DNA of 64,000 nucleotides from an uncultured Bacilli bacterium. Its GTDB lineage: Bacteria; Bacillota_I; Bacilli_A; ML615J-28; CAG-698. Position 1 is the first letter of the stretch. Each line of letters opens with the position of its first letter. This document shows positions 28,698-39,672 of the stretch, one piece after another. Where the stretch lies: the NCBI GenBank assembly GCA_947627195.1, contig CANQVC010000001.1, forward strand, positions 28,618-92,617. The letters are read 5' to 3'. The notes under the pieces were generated by a model. It did no database searches, was not told the origin of the DNA, and was given only the letters and a program-made list of their open reading frames with translations. A program made the position numbers and the translations under genes.

Positions 28698-30332
28698 ATG
28701 ATAGAAGAAATACTAAAACAATTAAAGGATAATCTTAATAAAATTATTAAAGAAATGGGTGTAACTGAAGACTTGGATATCTTCTTTGATGTACCAAAAG
28801 ATTCATCATTTGGTGATTATTCCACAAATATTTCAATGCGTTTAACAAAAATATTAAAGAAAAATCCTATATTAATAGCTAATGAAATTAAGTCTAAATT
28901 AGATTTAACAAAAAATCATTTAGAAAAATGTGAAGTAGCAGGACAAGGATTTTTAAATTTCTTTTTAGATAAAAAATATTTAATGCAAGTAGTATTCCAA
29001 ATATTACAAGAAAAAGAAAATTATGGATCTAGTAATTATGGTCAAAATAAAAAAATAAATATTGAATTTGTTAGTGCTAATCCAACAGGATATTTACATA
29101 TTGGTCATTGTCGTGGCGCAGCATATGGTGATTCATTAGCCAGAATTTATCAAAAAGTAGGATATAATGTATCTAGGGAACATTATGTTAATGATGGTGG
29201 TAACCAAATTCACCATTTAACAAATTCTATTTATGCTAGATATCAAGAATTATTTGGTATAGAAATAACTTTAGATAAAGAAGCATATCATGGTAAAGAA
29301 ATAATTGAAATTGCGAAAAATATAAAAGATGAAGTAAATGATAAATATTTACATGAAGAATGGTATGATTATTTCTGTAATTATGGTGTTAACTATTTAT
29401 TAAATGGTCTAAAAAAAGATTTAAAAGATTTTAATGTTACCTTTGATACATGGTTTAGTGAAAAAAGTTTATATGATAGTGGAGCTGTAAAAAAGACATT
29501 AGAATTTTTAAAAGAAAAAGGTTATACATATGAAAAAGACAATGCATTATGGCTAAAAACTACAATATATGGTGATGAAAAAGATCGTGTACTTGTGAAA
29601 AGTGATGGTACACTGACATATTTTACTCCTGATATCGCATATCATGCTAACAAATTAAGTCGAGGATTTGCTCACTTAATTGATGTATTAGGTGCTGATC
29701 ATCATGGTTACATTTCAAGATTAAAAGCTGCTATTGCCTATGTAGGTGGGGATCCTGATTTAATTGATGTGGAAATATTACAAATGGTAAGAGTTATCCA
29801 AAATGGTGAAGAAATCAAAATGAGTAAACGTAGTGGTAAAGCTATTACAATGCGTGACTTAATTGATGAAGTTGGTACTGATGCTTTAAGATTTATGTTT
29901 GTTAGTAAATCATTATCAACTCATATGGATTTAGATTTAGATTTAGCTGTTAAACAATCTAATGAAAATCCTGTATATTATGTTCAATATGCATATGCTA
30001 GAATTGCTAGTTTATTTAGAAATTTAAAACAACCATTCAAACAAGTAAATTCCTTTAAGCATATTGATATAAATAAATTTAATCGAATAATATTAACATT
30101 ATTACAATATCCGCAAGTAATAATTGAAGCGGCAACTAAAAGAATACCTCATAAAGTATGTCAATATGCTTTAAATCTTGCTTCAGTATTTCATAGTTAT
30201 TATAATGATGAAAAAATAATTACGGATAATGAAGAAGAAGTTAATGAAAAATTAACAATATTAAAAGCTGTCCAAATTGTTATTCAAGATGCATTAAAAT
30301 TATTAGGCGTAGGTGTAAAGGAGGAAATGTAA
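28698..30332 (+). CDS. argS: Arginyl-tRNA synthetase
   Basis: ATG at 28698 after AAAGGTGA. SANPTGYLHIGH (HIGH) and MSKRSG (KMSKS) are present. The ORF-track TTG start at 28629 is unlikely. Confidence 0.95.
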   Translation: MIEEILKQLKDNLNKIIKEMGVTEDLDIFFDVPKDSSFGDYSTNISMRLTKILKKNPILIANEIKSKLDLTKNHLEKCEVAGQGFLNFFLDKKYLMQVVFQILQEKENYGSSNYGQNKKINIEFVSANPTGYLHIGHCRGAAYGDSLARIYQKVGYNVSREHYVNDGGNQIHHLTNSIYARYQELFGIEITLDKEAYHGKEIIEIAKNIKDEVNDKYLHEEWYDYFCNYGVNYLLNGLKKDLKDFNVTFDTWFSEKSLYDSGAVKKTLEFLKEKGYTYEKDNALWLKTTIYGDEKDRVLVKSDGTLTYFTPDIAYHANKLSRGFAHLIDVLGADHHGYISRLKAAIAYVGGDPDLIDVEILQMVRVIQNGEEIKMSKRSGKAITMRDLIDEVGTDALRFMFVSKSLSTHMDLDLDLAVKQSNENPVYYVQYAYARIASLFRNLKQPFKQVNSFKHIDINKFNRIILTLLQYPQVIIEAATKRIPHKVCQYALNLASVFHSYYNDEKIITDNEEEVNEKLTILKAVQIVIQDALKLLGVGVKEEM

Positions 30333-31034
30333 ATGAAAAACAAAATTTTAAAATATCTTTGGATATTTGAATTTATTGCTGCTGCCTTTGTAATTGTTAT
30401 GGGAATTTTATGTGCGGTAAAATCAGAAGCATTATATTTAATTATTGGTTTTATCTTTGTTATTTTAGGTGGTTTACGTTTAATTCCTTTAATAAAAACA
30501 ACTGATGACAAATTATTAAAAGTTTTTTATGCAATTGAAATTGTTGCTGATGTAGCAGTTGGGGGATTAATTTTGTATTTTGGCTTTAATAAACCTGATT
30601 CAACATTTATGAACAAATCTATTGGTTATTTTGTTGGTGGTATATTATATTTACGTGGCTTTGTATATTTCTTTGCCACAAGTGTAAAACATGAAAAATA
30701 TGATATAATTCAATTCTTTTTACATATTATTTTAATAACATTAGGAGCAGTTATTATTGGTAGAGGTGGCTTTAAATTAAGTCAACTTGCTTGGTTCTTA
30801 TTTGCTATTGCCATGGTATGTGCCTTGTTTATTTGTTATTCTGGATATAGAGGATACCGAAATTATCGTAATCAATATTATTCAGAAACAAAATCAAAGA
30901 AAATAAAAGCCAAAAAAGGTGATGCAAAAGAAATGCCTACGAGTGATGAAATTAATGATCAAAAAGAAATTAATACTGATATTATCGTTCCAACAAACGA
31001 TAATGATGAAAATCACACAGAGCTTAATGCTTAA
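30333..31034 (+). CDS. Integral membrane protein (possibly DUF308/HdeD-like) with an acidic C-terminal tail
   Basis: The start abuts the argS stop (TAAATG) with an RBS inside argS. About 6 TM segments carry repeated GxLxIxxG patterns. Confidence 0.6.
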   Translation: MKNKILKYLWIFEFIAAAFVIVMGILCAVKSEALYLIIGFIFVILGGLRLIPLIKTTDDKLLKVFYAIEIVADVAVGGLILYFGFNKPDSTFMNKSIGYFVGGILYLRGFVYFFATSVKHEKYDIIQFFLHIILITLGAVIIGRGGFKLSQLAWFLFAIAMVCALFICYSGYRGYRNYRNQYYSETKSKKIKAKKGDAKEMPTSDEINDQKEINTDIIVPTNDNDENHTELNA

Positions 31035-31055
31035 ATTTTAATATCGAGGTGTAAA

Positions 31056-32141
31056 ATGAATAATACAAAAGATTTACAATTATTAAAAGAATTAAGTGAA
31101 TTAAATGGTATTAGTGGACATGAAAGAAATGTGAAGAAATTCATGGAAAGAGAATTTATAAGAAATGTTAGTAAAGAAAATATATTATATGATGGCTTAG
31201 GATCAGTTATTGCGAAAGTAGGACATGGTGGTCCAAAAATTATGATTGCTGGTCATATGGATGAAGTAGGAATGATTGTTACAAAAATTACTGATGATGG
31301 CTTTTTAAAATTTCAAACAATTGGTGGATGGTATAGTCAAGTAATGTTAGCCCAACAATTTGATGTCACAACAATTAAAGGTGATGTTTATCGCTGTGTA
31401 ATGGGTTCTAAACCACCACACATCTTAACCCAAGAAGAAAGAAAAGTTCCTGCTGATATAGATCAAATGTATTTAGATTTAGGAGCATCTTCTAAACAAG
31501 AAGTAGAACAATTAGGAATTAGAATTGGAGACATGATTACTCCCCATATTGAATTTCACCAAATGGCAAATGGTGATTTCTTATTAGGTAAAGCTTGGGA
31601 TGATAGAATAGGTTGTGCTGTTGTATTAGGAGTTTTAGAAGCAATAGCTAATGATTGTGATCATTGTTATCGTAATACTGTATATTGTGCTGCTACAGTT
31701 CAAGAAGAAGTAGGATTACGTGGAGCAAAAACAGCAGCTCAATTAGTTCAACCTGATATAGCAATTTCATTAGATGTTTCGATTGCGAAAGATGTTCCTG
31801 GAACAGATGGATCAATTCATATGGGTAAAGGTCCAGATATTTTAATATATGATGGCTCATTAGTTGGTCATGTTGGTTTACGTGATTTATTCATTGAAAC
31901 AGCTGAAGAAAATAACATACCTTATCAATTAGATTATTTGAAATCAGGAGGAACAGATGCTGGTTCAATGCATTTAGCTCACCATGGTGCACCATCTATT
32001 GCTTTATGTATAGCTAGTCGTTACATTCATTCACATACTTCCATGATATCTAAGAAAGATTATGAAAACTGTGTTAAATTAATTGTAAATGTAATTAGAA
32101 AGTTAGATAAAAACAAAGTAGATGAGATAACATATAATTAA
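31056..32141 (+). CDS. M42 family aminopeptidase (YsdC/PepA-like)
   Basis: LLKELSELNGISGHERNV, IAGHMDEVGMIVT and WDDRIGCAV are typical of M42 metallopeptidases. Confidence 0.85.
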   Translation: MNNTKDLQLLKELSELNGISGHERNVKKFMEREFIRNVSKENILYDGLGSVIAKVGHGGPKIMIAGHMDEVGMIVTKITDDGFLKFQTIGGWYSQVMLAQQFDVTTIKGDVYRCVMGSKPPHILTQEERKVPADIDQMYLDLGASSKQEVEQLGIRIGDMITPHIEFHQMANGDFLLGKAWDDRIGCAVVLGVLEAIANDCDHCYRNTVYCAATVQEEVGLRGAKTAAQLVQPDIAISLDVSIAKDVPGTDGSIHMGKGPDILIYDGSLVGHVGLRDLFIETAEENNIPYQLDYLKSGGTDAGSMHLAHHGAPSIALCIASRYIHSHTSMISKKDYENCVKLIVNVIRKLDKNKVDEITYN

Positions 32142-32209
32142 AAATTACATATAATTAATAATTACATATAATTAAAAATTACATATAATTAATAATTACA
32201 TATTTATTT
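32126..32209. repeat. Tandem 17-nt repeat ((a/t)aattacatataattaa, ~4.5 copies; effectively a 34-nt unit repeated twice) that begins inside the last codons of the peptidase gene
   Basis: Read directly from the sequence. Each copy re-creates the gene's ...TYN-stop end. Confidence 0.9.
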
Positions 32210-32251
32210 ACTGTAATTAAAATTCTCATTAACTTATCAAACAATATTTAT

Positions 32252-32290
32252 ACGATAAAGCTATTTATTTTGATAACTTTATCGTTTTTT
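32252..32290 (+). terminator. Rho-independent terminator
   Basis: acgataaag...ctttatcgt followed by tttttt. Confidence 0.7.
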
Positions 32291-32394
32291 AATATAAATA
32301 ATTATCTATCTATAAAAAACTCTAGAGAGAATAAAAATTTATCATCCTTTTACTTTACTTTCGTAACTTCGTCAAACAAAAATTGTTTATCATA

Positions 32395-32423
32395 TTGATT
32401 TTTTTATAAAAATAGTGTATAAT
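32395..32423 (+). promoter_or_regulatory. Sigma-A-type promoter of the ylmE-ileS block
   Basis: TTGATT, 17 nt spacer, TATAAT. Confidence 0.55.
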
Positions 32424-32463
32424 TTAATAATGCAAATAGTATAAAAGAATTATGGTGAATTTT

Positions 32464-33147
32464 ATGAATATGAAAGAAAAAGCTCAAGAAGTTAAAATGA
32501 ATATGAAAGAAAAAGTCCAACAAGTTAAAGCAACATTAGAAGGACATGAAAATGTGAAAATTGTTGCCGCAACAAAATATTTAACCGTTGAACAAACCAA
32601 AGAACTATATTTAGCAGGTATTCATGATTTCGGTGAAAATCGTACTGATATGTTCTTAGAAAAATATGAAGCATTAAAAGATTTAGACATTAATTGGCAT
32701 TTCTTTGGCTGTGTCCAAAATGCAAGAAAAGTAAAAGAAATAGCTAATAAAATAGTATGTTTACATTCTTTAGATAAATTATCTATTGCTGTTGAATTAG
32801 ATAAAAGACTAGAAAAACCATTAGATTGTTTTGTTCAAGTAAACATATCTGAAGAAACAAATAAGCAAGGAATACTAATTACAAGAGTTAAACCATTTAT
32901 TAAAAGTTTACAAAAACTAAAAAATATTCGCATAATTGGTTTAATGTGTATTGCTACAATGACATATGATACCGAAATATTAGAAAAAGAATTTAGTAAA
33001 ATGCAGAAAGCTAAAGAAGAAATCGAAGCATTAAATTTAGATTATGCTCCATGTCATGATTTATCAATGGGAATGACTAATGATTATAAAATTGCTATGC
33101 AATATGGAGCAACATACATTCGTTTAGGAAGAATATTTTTGAAGTAA
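32464..33147 (+). CDS. ylmE: YggS/YlmE-family pyridoxal-phosphate homeostasis protein
   Basis: VKIVAATKYL...GIHDFGENR is the family signature. The start is ambiguous among 32452, 32464 and 32497 because of a 33-nt tandem duplication that includes the ATG. 32464 has the best RBS (GGTGA). Confidence 0.85.
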   Translation: MNMKEKAQEVKMNMKEKVQQVKATLEGHENVKIVAATKYLTVEQTKELYLAGIHDFGENRTDMFLEKYEALKDLDINWHFFGCVQNARKVKEIANKIVCLHSLDKLSIAVELDKRLEKPLDCFVQVNISEETNKQGILITRVKPFIKSLQKLKNIRIIGLMCIATMTYDTEILEKEFSKMQKAKEEIEALNLDYAPCHDLSMGMTNDYKIAMQYGATYIRLGRIFLK

Positions 33148-33158
33148 AGGAGTAGAAC

Positions 33159-33503
33159 ATGAGATTTTTTTCAAGGAAAAACAAAAAACGTCAATCATCA
33201 GAATTTAATCATGGTAATGGACTAATGACTTCTTTTGATAAAATGGTTTATTTCGTTGTTGAATCAAGGAAAGATGAAGAATTATTACGTCTTTGTGATA
33301 CTATTATCGCTAGTAAACCTGTTCTTGCCAATTTTGATAAATTGACTCCTGATGATTGTAATTATATGTTAGCATTTATTTCAGGTGTTATATATGCTTG
33401 TGATGGTGAAACAATCCGTTTAGGAGAAAGATTATTCTTATTTGCTCGTAAAGAAGAATATGAAGATGGTTCTTTACGTCAATACGTTGAAGATATAAAA
33501 TAA
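33159..33503 (+). CDS. sepF: Cell division protein SepF (short form)
   Basis: The core VVESRKDEELLRLCDTIIASKPVLANFDKL....MLAFISGVIYACDGETIRLGERLFLF matches the SepF C-domain. The position between ylmE and ylmG also fits. Confidence 0.8.
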   Translation: MRFFSRKNKKRQSSEFNHGNGLMTSFDKMVYFVVESRKDEELLRLCDTIIASKPVLANFDKLTPDDCNYMLAFISGVIYACDGETIRLGERLFLFARKEEYEDGSLRQYVEDIK

Positions 33504-33515
33504 AGGAAGTAAAAT

Positions 33516-33776
33516 ATGAGTTTATTTTTCTTGATTTTATATATAATATTACAAATATATTTTGTTTTAATTTTTGTTGATATTATATTTTCATGGATAC
33601 CGAATATTTTCCAATTTCGCATATGCCGTTTTATCCATTATTTAGTTGGTTGGTTTATGGAACCATTTCATGGCATTATAACCATTTCCATTCTAGATTT
33701 TACGCCAATTATTGGCATATTTATATATCAAGGAATATTAGATGCTGTTTTTGCCCTTTTATCATCAATTGGTTGA
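33516..33776 (+). CDS. ylmG: YggT/YlmG family membrane protein
   Basis: 86 aa with two TM segments. IIFSWIPN...MEPFHGIITISILDFTPII is YggT-like. Synteny supports the call. Confidence 0.8.
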   Translation: MSLFFLILYIILQIYFVLIFVDIIFSWIPNIFQFRICRFIHYLVGWFMEPFHGIITISILDFTPIIGIFIYQGILDAVFALLSSIG

Positions 33777-33778
33777 TT

Positions 33779-34516
33779 ATGTTAGATTTAAAATTAAATG
33801 ATATTAAAAAAGGTAATTTATTAACAAAATTTCTAACATTAGAAGAACAAAAACAATTAAAACAAATGTCTTTAAATGTTCAATATTCTTTTGATGATTT
33901 AGAATTTAATTTTGAAAGAAAAAGAGCATATATTAAATCATCGATTATTAATGATGATTTAATATTTGATATTAATCAAACAATTGTTATATTTAAAATT
34001 AAATATAATAAAAAATTTAGTGAATTAAATCATAAAGATGTCTTAGGATCATTAATGGGTATTGGCATAACTCGTGAATCAATTGGTGATATTATTTGTT
34101 TAGATAATGGTAATATTTATTTCTTTATTACTAAAGAAATAGAAAAATTTGTGATGACAAATTTAATTAAAATAAAAACAAGTAATGTCGATTTAGAAAT
34201 ATGTTCAATAAATGAATTATTAAATGAAATAAATGAAACATCTTATCATAATTACATTGAAGAAGAAATAATTGTTTCTAGTTTACGTTTAGATATTATT
34301 GTTAGTGATTGTATGCATTTATCAAGAGAAAAAGCTAAACAATATATATCTTTAAAAAATGTGAAAGTAAATGGTGATATTGAAACAAAGCCCGATTTAA
34401 TAATTAAAGTTGATGATTTAATTTCCATCCATCGTTATGGAAGATTTATATTAAAAGAAGTTTTAAAAAAGACTAAGAAAGATAAATATTTGCTACGTGT
34501 TTTACATACAAAGTAA
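33779..34516 (+). CDS. ylmH: YlmH-like RNA-binding (S4 domain) protein
   Basis: ATG lies 2 nt after the ylmG stop. The C-terminus is S4-like ([31 protein letters not shown]). Synteny supports the call. The ORF-track start at 33593 overlaps ylmG. Confidence 0.75.
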   Translation: MLDLKLNDIKKGNLLTKFLTLEEQKQLKQMSLNVQYSFDDLEFNFERKRAYIKSSIINDDLIFDINQTIVIFKIKYNKKFSELNHKDVLGSLMGIGITRESIGDIICLDNGNIYFFITKEIEKFVMTNLIKIKTSNVDLEICSINELLNEINETSYHNYIEEEIIVSSLRLDIIVSDCMHLSREKAKQYISLKNVKVNGDIETKPDLIIKVDDLISIHRYGRFILKEVLKKTKKDKYLLRVLHTK

Positions 34517-34539
34517 AACATTGTTATAAGGAGAGTACA

Positions 34540-37308
34540 ATGGGAAAAGATTATAAAAACACTCTAAAGATGATGAATACAGAGTTTAGTATGAAAGCTA
34601 ATCTTCCTTTAAGGGAACCTGAAATTTTAAAGAAATGGGAAGATATGAATTTATATGAAAAGGTTCTTGAAAAAAATAAAGATAACAAACCATTTGTTTT
34701 ACATGATGGACCTCCATATGCGAATGGCAGTATTCATGTTGGACATGCCATGAATAAAATCTTAAAAGATTTTGTTATAAGATATAAAACAATGTCAGGA
34801 TTTTATTCACCATATATTCCTGGATGGGATACTCATGGATTACCAATTGAAACAGCACTTGTGAAAAAAGAAAAAGTTAATCGTAAAACAATGGATGTTG
34901 CTGATTTCCGTGATTTATGTTATCAATATGCTTTAAAACAAGTTTCTATTCAAAAAGAACAATTTAAACGTTTAGGTGTTATGGGTGATTGGAAAAACCC
35001 TTATTTAACATTAGATAAAGAATTTGAAGCTGAACAAATTAAAGTATTTGCGAAAATGGCAAAAGATGGTTATATTTATAAAGGTTTAAAACCAGTATAT
35101 TGGTCACCATCTAGTGAATCAGCCTTAGCTGAAGCGGAAATTGAATATTATGATGTTAAAGCAACAACAATTTATTTAGCTTTTAAAGTTGCAAATGGTA
35201 AAAATATTTTATCAACTAATGATGAAGTCGTAATTTGGACAACAACTCCATGGACAATTCCTGCCAATTTAGCAGTATGTGTTAATCCATTATTTGATTA
35301 TGTATTATTAAAATCTAATGATCGTAATTTTGTTGTCGCTAAAGAATTGCAAGAAGGATTCTTAAAATTAATTAATTGTGACAATGCTGAAGTATTAAAA
35401 GTAATTAAAGGTAGTGATTTAGAATATGTAACATATTACCATCCTCTAAATCATCGTGAATGTCCAATTATTTTAGGAAATCACGTTACATTAGATGCTG
35501 GTACAGGATTAGTTCATACCGCCCCAGGACATGGTGAAGATGACTTCATTGCCGGAAAAGCATATCATTTAGATATTTTATGCCCAGTTGATAGTAAAGG
35601 ATATATGACAGAAGAAGCAGGTGAATTTGCGGGAATGTTTTATGAAGAAGCAAATGATGCAATCATTAAACGTTTAGAAGAAGTTCATAGCTTATTACAT
35701 AAAAATGAAATTGTTCATAGTTATCCACATGATTGGCGTACTAAAAAACCTATTATATTTAGAGCTACACCACAATGGTTTGCTTCAATTGAAGGATTAA
35801 AAGATGACATGATGAAAGCAATTCATGATGTCAAATGGGTTCCATCATGGGGTGAAACTCGTCTTGGTAATATGATTAAAGATCGTGAAGAATGGTGTAT
35901 TAGTCGTCAAAGAGCATGGGGAGTACCAATTCCTGTCTTTTATGCTGAAGATGGTACAGCTATTTTAGACCAAGAAATAATGGAACATATTAGTGAATTA
36001 TTCCGTGAACATGGTTCCGCAATTTGGTTTAGAAGTGAAGCTAAAGATTTACTTCCTAAAGGATATACAAATATTCATAGTCCTAATGGTAAATTTACTA
36101 AAGAAACTGATATTATGGATGTATGGTTTGATAGTGGTTCGTCTCATCATGGTGTTTTATTAGCTAGAGGAATTCCTTATCCAGCTGATGTATATTTAGA
36201 AGGATGTGACCAATATCGTGGTTGGTTCAATTCAAGTTTATCAACATCAGTTGCTATGACAAAACAAGCTCCATATAAAACAGTTATTTCCCATGGCTTT
36301 ACTTTAGATGGTGCAGGAAATAAAATGAGTAAATCATTAGGTAATTCTGTTGATCCCCAAGAAGTATGTAAAAAATATGGTGCTGATATTTTAAGGTTAT
36401 GGGTAGCAAGTGTTGAATATACCCAAGATGTTCGTATATCTGATGCTATTTTAAATCAATGTGCTGAAGGATATCGTAAAATTCGTAACACATTTAGATT
36501 TTTATTAGGTAACTTATCTGATTTTGATCCAAATAAAGATATTGTTCCTTATGAAAAAATGCTTGAAATAGATCAATATATGGAATGTATGTTATCAGAA
36601 TGGATTAATAAAGTTCGTGATGCATATGAATCATATCAATTTGATGAAGTATATCGTTTAAGTTTAAATTATATGAGTAATCAATTAAGTGCTTTCTATC
36701 TTGATTTCACAAAAGACATATTATATATTGAATCTTTAAATAATCCATTACGTCGTAGTATTCAAACAGTCTTTTATGATCATTTAACTACTCTTGTTCG
36801 TTATTTAACACCTATTATTCCATTTACAACTGAAGAAGTTTATAATAATATGTTAAAAGGTAATATTGTATTAAAAGATGAACTTTCATTAGAAAGTGTT
36901 TATCTAACAAATTTACCATTAGCGAAAGAATATAAAAATAGTCAAGAATTATTAAATAAATATCAAGAATTTATGGTATTTAGAAATGATGTCTTAAAAG
37001 CAATTGAAATGGCTCGTAATGAGAAAATAATTGGTAAATCAATGAATGCTAAATTAGTTGTTTATCCAAATGATAAAACAAGAAAATTATTAGAAAACAT
37101 TCATACAGATTTTAAAACAGTATTTATTGTTTCTGAATTTGTTATTAGTGATAAAGATATCCCAGGATTATCTTTTGATTCAGGTAAAATATCTGTAACA
37201 GCTCGTGAAGGAGTAATATGTGAACGTTGTTGGCAAGTTGTTGATCATGTCAATGACGATGGAATTTGTAGCCGCTGTGAATCAGTTTTAAAAGAAGAGG
37301 AGGTGTAA
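34540..37308 (+). CDS. ileS: Isoleucyl-tRNA synthetase
   Basis: [12 protein letters not shown] (HIGH) and KMSKSLGN are present. The C-terminus has a zinc-finger CxxC...CxRC. Confidence 0.97.
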   Translation: MGKDYKNTLKMMNTEFSMKANLPLREPEILKKWEDMNLYEKVLEKNKDNKPFVLHDGPPYANGSIHVGHAMNKILKDFVIRYKTMSGFYSPYIPGWDTHGLPIETALVKKEKVNRKTMDVADFRDLCYQYALKQVSIQKEQFKRLGVMGDWKNPYLTLDKEFEAEQIKVFAKMAKDGYIYKGLKPVYWSPSSESALAEAEIEYYDVKATTIYLAFKVANGKNILSTNDEVVIWTTTPWTIPANLAVCVNPLFDYVLLKSNDRNFVVAKELQEGFLKLINCDNAEVLKVIKGSDLEYVTYYHPLNHRECPIILGNHVTLDAGTGLVHTAPGHGEDDFIAGKAYHLDILCPVDSKGYMTEEAGEFAGMFYEEANDAIIKRLEEVHSLLHKNEIVHSYPHDWRTKKPIIFRATPQWFASIEGLKDDMMKAIHDVKWVPSWGETRLGNMIKDREEWCISRQRAWGVPIPVFYAEDGTAILDQEIMEHISELFREHGSAIWFRSEAKDLLPKGYTNIHSPNGKFTKETDIMDVWFDSGSSHHGVLLARGIPYPADVYLEGCDQYRGWFNSSLSTSVAMTKQAPYKTVISHGFTLDGAGNKMSKSLGNSVDPQEVCKKYGADILRLWVASVEYTQDVRISDAILNQCAEGYRKIRNTFRFLLGNLSDFDPNKDIVPYEKMLEIDQYMECMLSEWINKVRDAYESYQFDEVYRLSLNYMSNQLSAFYLDFTKDILYIESLNNPLRRSIQTVFYDHLTTLVRYLTPIIPFTTEEVYNNMLKGNIVLKDELSLESVYLTNLPLAKEYKNSQELLNKYQEFMVFRNDVLKAIEMARNEKIIGKSMNAKLVVYPNDKTRKLLENIHTDFKTVFIVSEFVISDKDIPGLSFDSGKISVTAREGVICERCWQVVDHVNDDGICSRCESVLKEEEV

Positions 37309-37312
37309 TAAT

Positions 37313-38167
37313 ATGTTAGTCATGGACATTCATTTTTTTAGAAAAAGTAACTTAGAAAAACTAGATTATGAAAAAGTATTAGACTTTTTTGAACAACAAG
37401 GAACGTTTGAAATTTATTATACAGATGAAGTTGTGGAAATACAATATAAAGATCCTGATTTTGATTTAGAATATAGTTACTGGATTACTGATCGTTCAAG
37501 AGTTAATAAAATATATAATTTAAGCCCTGTTTATAGTAATGCCAAATTCTTTATTGAAATACCTATTATGATTCCATCATTTTTTGCTAAAGAAATAATG
37601 ATGGTAATGCAAAAATTATGTCGTGAATTTGATTTAGGAATATATCAAGAATCATTCGATGATGTTGTTCCTTTTAATATGGTTGAGTTTTTAGCTTTCT
37701 TTGAAAGACAAAGAGCTCAATGTATTCAAGAATATGGTATGCAAGATAAAATTTATTATGATGAAGAAAAACTAAACATTATTTGTAAGTTCCAAAGATC
37801 AAGAAGTAGATTATGTGATTATTACCATAATGAAGTAACTGTTAATGAATGTTATCCAATAGTTGATACTAATGGTGATTCAGGAATGTGCTATGATTGG
37901 AATTTTGGTACACCTGTAATCTTTGCTCCATATGTTGATTATGTTTGTATAAATGATGAAGAAATGGGACAAATGTTAGTAAGACGTGATGAATTATTCA
38001 ATATTATTGATAAATACATCTCTGAAATTAAAAACTTTTTGCCTGATTTATATATTTTAAAAGCTAAACAAGCTAAGAAATGTAAAAAAGAAAAGAATAA
38101 AATCAAAAAGATTGTAATGAATAAAGATTATAAAGTATTAAAACTTTATGATGCCATAGGTAGATAA
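37313..38167 (+). CDS. Hypothetical cytoplasmic protein (284 aa)
   Basis: A strong RBS GGAGGTG overlaps the ileS end. No motif was recognised. Confidence 0.6.
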   Translation: MLVMDIHFFRKSNLEKLDYEKVLDFFEQQGTFEIYYTDEVVEIQYKDPDFDLEYSYWITDRSRVNKIYNLSPVYSNAKFFIEIPIMIPSFFAKEIMMVMQKLCREFDLGIYQESFDDVVPFNMVEFLAFFERQRAQCIQEYGMQDKIYYDEEKLNIICKFQRSRSRLCDYYHNEVTVNECYPIVDTNGDSGMCYDWNFGTPVIFAPYVDYVCINDEEMGQMLVRRDELFNIIDKYISEIKNFLPDLYILKAKQAKKCKKEKNKIKKIVMNKDYKVLKLYDAIGR

Positions 38168-38168
38168 A

Positions 38169-38840
38169 ATGGATAATATAATAAATGATGTTGCTAAATA
38201 CATTGATCATACATTATTAAAAGCTTTTGCGACTGAAGATGATATTAAAAAATTATGTTCAGAAGCTCAAGAAAATCATTTTAAAAGTGTTTGTGTTAAT
38301 CCTACTCATGTAAAGTTAGCAAAAGAAATGTTGAAGAATAGTGATGTATTAGTATGTACAGTAATTGGTTTCCCTTTAGGAGCTAATACTATTTCCTCAA
38401 AAACATTTGAAACACAAGATGCCATTAATAATGGTGCTGATGAAATAGATATGGTAATTAATATTGGTAAAGCTAAAGAACATAATTATTCTTATATTGA
38501 AGAAGAAATCAAAAGTGTTGTTAATGTAGCTAATAATAAATTAGTTAAAGTAATTATTGAAACATGTTATTTAACTGATGAAGAAAAAGTTGCTGTATGT
38601 AAATGTGCCGAAAATGCAAAAGCTAATTTTGTGAAAACATCAACAGGATTTGGCACAAAAGGAGCAACAAAAGAAGATGTAGCTTTAATGCGTAAAACAG
38701 TTTCCTCAACAATGCAAGTAAAAGCAAGTGGTGGTATTCGTACATATGAAGACTTTAAGTGGGCAGTTGAAGCAGGTGCTACAAGAATTGGTGCATCAAG
38801 TGGCATTGAAATAATCAAAGAAGCGAAAGGGAAAAAATAA
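38169..38840 (+). CDS. deoC: Deoxyribose-phosphate aldolase
   Basis: IDHTLLK, VCVNP, IGFPLG, EIDMVIN, VKTSTGF and KASGGIR are all present. Confidence 0.93.
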   Translation: MDNIINDVAKYIDHTLLKAFATEDDIKKLCSEAQENHFKSVCVNPTHVKLAKEMLKNSDVLVCTVIGFPLGANTISSKTFETQDAINNGADEIDMVINIGKAKEHNYSYIEEEIKSVVNVANNKLVKVIIETCYLTDEEKVAVCKCAENAKANFVKTSTGFGTKGATKEDVALMRKTVSSTMQVKASGGIRTYEDFKWAVEAGATRIGASSGIEIIKEAKGKK

Positions 38841-38841
38841 T

Positions 38842-39561
38842 ATGGGAATTCCTACTCCACATATCGAAGCAACATCGCCTGATGTATTTGCGAAAACAGT
38901 TTTAATGCCTGGTGATCCTTTACGTGCTAAATATATTGCTGAACATTATTTAGAAAATGTAACATTAGTTAATGGTGTAAGAAACATGTTAGGTTATACA
39001 GGAACTTATAAAAACAAAAAAGTTACTGTTATGGGTTCTGGTATGGGTATGCCTAGTATTGGTATTTATTCATATGAATTATTTAATTTATATAATGTTG
39101 AAGAAATAATAAGAATTGGTTCATGTGGATCTTATTCTAAAGATGCTAATATTTATGATGTTATTATTGTTAAAGATGCTTATAGTGAGTCATCATTTGC
39201 TAAAGTAGCTTTTAATATGAAACAAAAAACAATGAAAGCAACAACATCAGTAGTTCGTTCTTTAGAAAAAGCCGCTAAAAAATTAAATTATCCAGTCATT
39301 GAAGGAAGAATTCATTCATCTGATGTATTTTATCGCCAAGTTGGTAATGTATTAGAAGATGTAGCTGAAAAATATCAATGTTTAGCTGTGGAAATGGAAT
39401 CATTTGCTTTATTTGCTAATGCCAAAGCTTTAGGAAAAAAGGCAGGATGCTTATTAACAGTATCAGATTCATTTATTACTAAAGAAGAAACAACTTCTAA
39501 AGAAAGAGAAGAATCTTTTAATAAAATGATGGAAATTGCTCTTGAAGCAGCCCTTAAATGA
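38842..39561 (+). CDS. deoD: Purine nucleoside phosphorylase, DeoD type
   Basis: TPHIEA, VLMPGDPLRAKYIAE, GSGMGMPSIGIYSYEL and VEMESFALF are present. Confidence 0.93.
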   Translation: MGIPTPHIEATSPDVFAKTVLMPGDPLRAKYIAEHYLENVTLVNGVRNMLGYTGTYKNKKVTVMGSGMGMPSIGIYSYELFNLYNVEEIIRIGSCGSYSKDANIYDVIIVKDAYSESSFAKVAFNMKQKTMKATTSVVRSLEKAAKKLNYPVIEGRIHSSDVFYRQVGNVLEDVAEKYQCLAVEMESFALFANAKALGKKAGCLLTVSDSFITKEETTSKEREESFNKMMEIALEAALK

Positions 39562-39563
39562 AT

Positions 39564-39588
39564 ATAGCGAGTTATCTCGCTATTTTTC
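39564..39588 (+). terminator. Rho-independent terminator
   Basis: atagcgag-ttat-ctcgctat followed by tttt. Confidence 0.8.
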
Positions 39589-39672
39589 ATAATTTCTTGT
39601 TAAATAAAATGTTTAAAAAAATTGTTTTAATAAATATAAAAAAATGTGATAAAATAATAAATAGGTGATTTA

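Noticed and set aside
33593-33778. ORF-track long form of ylmH, which overlaps ylmG.
   Set aside because: It overlaps the YggT-family gene in another frame. ATG 33779, 2 nt after the ylmG stop, gives a normal YlmH-length protein.
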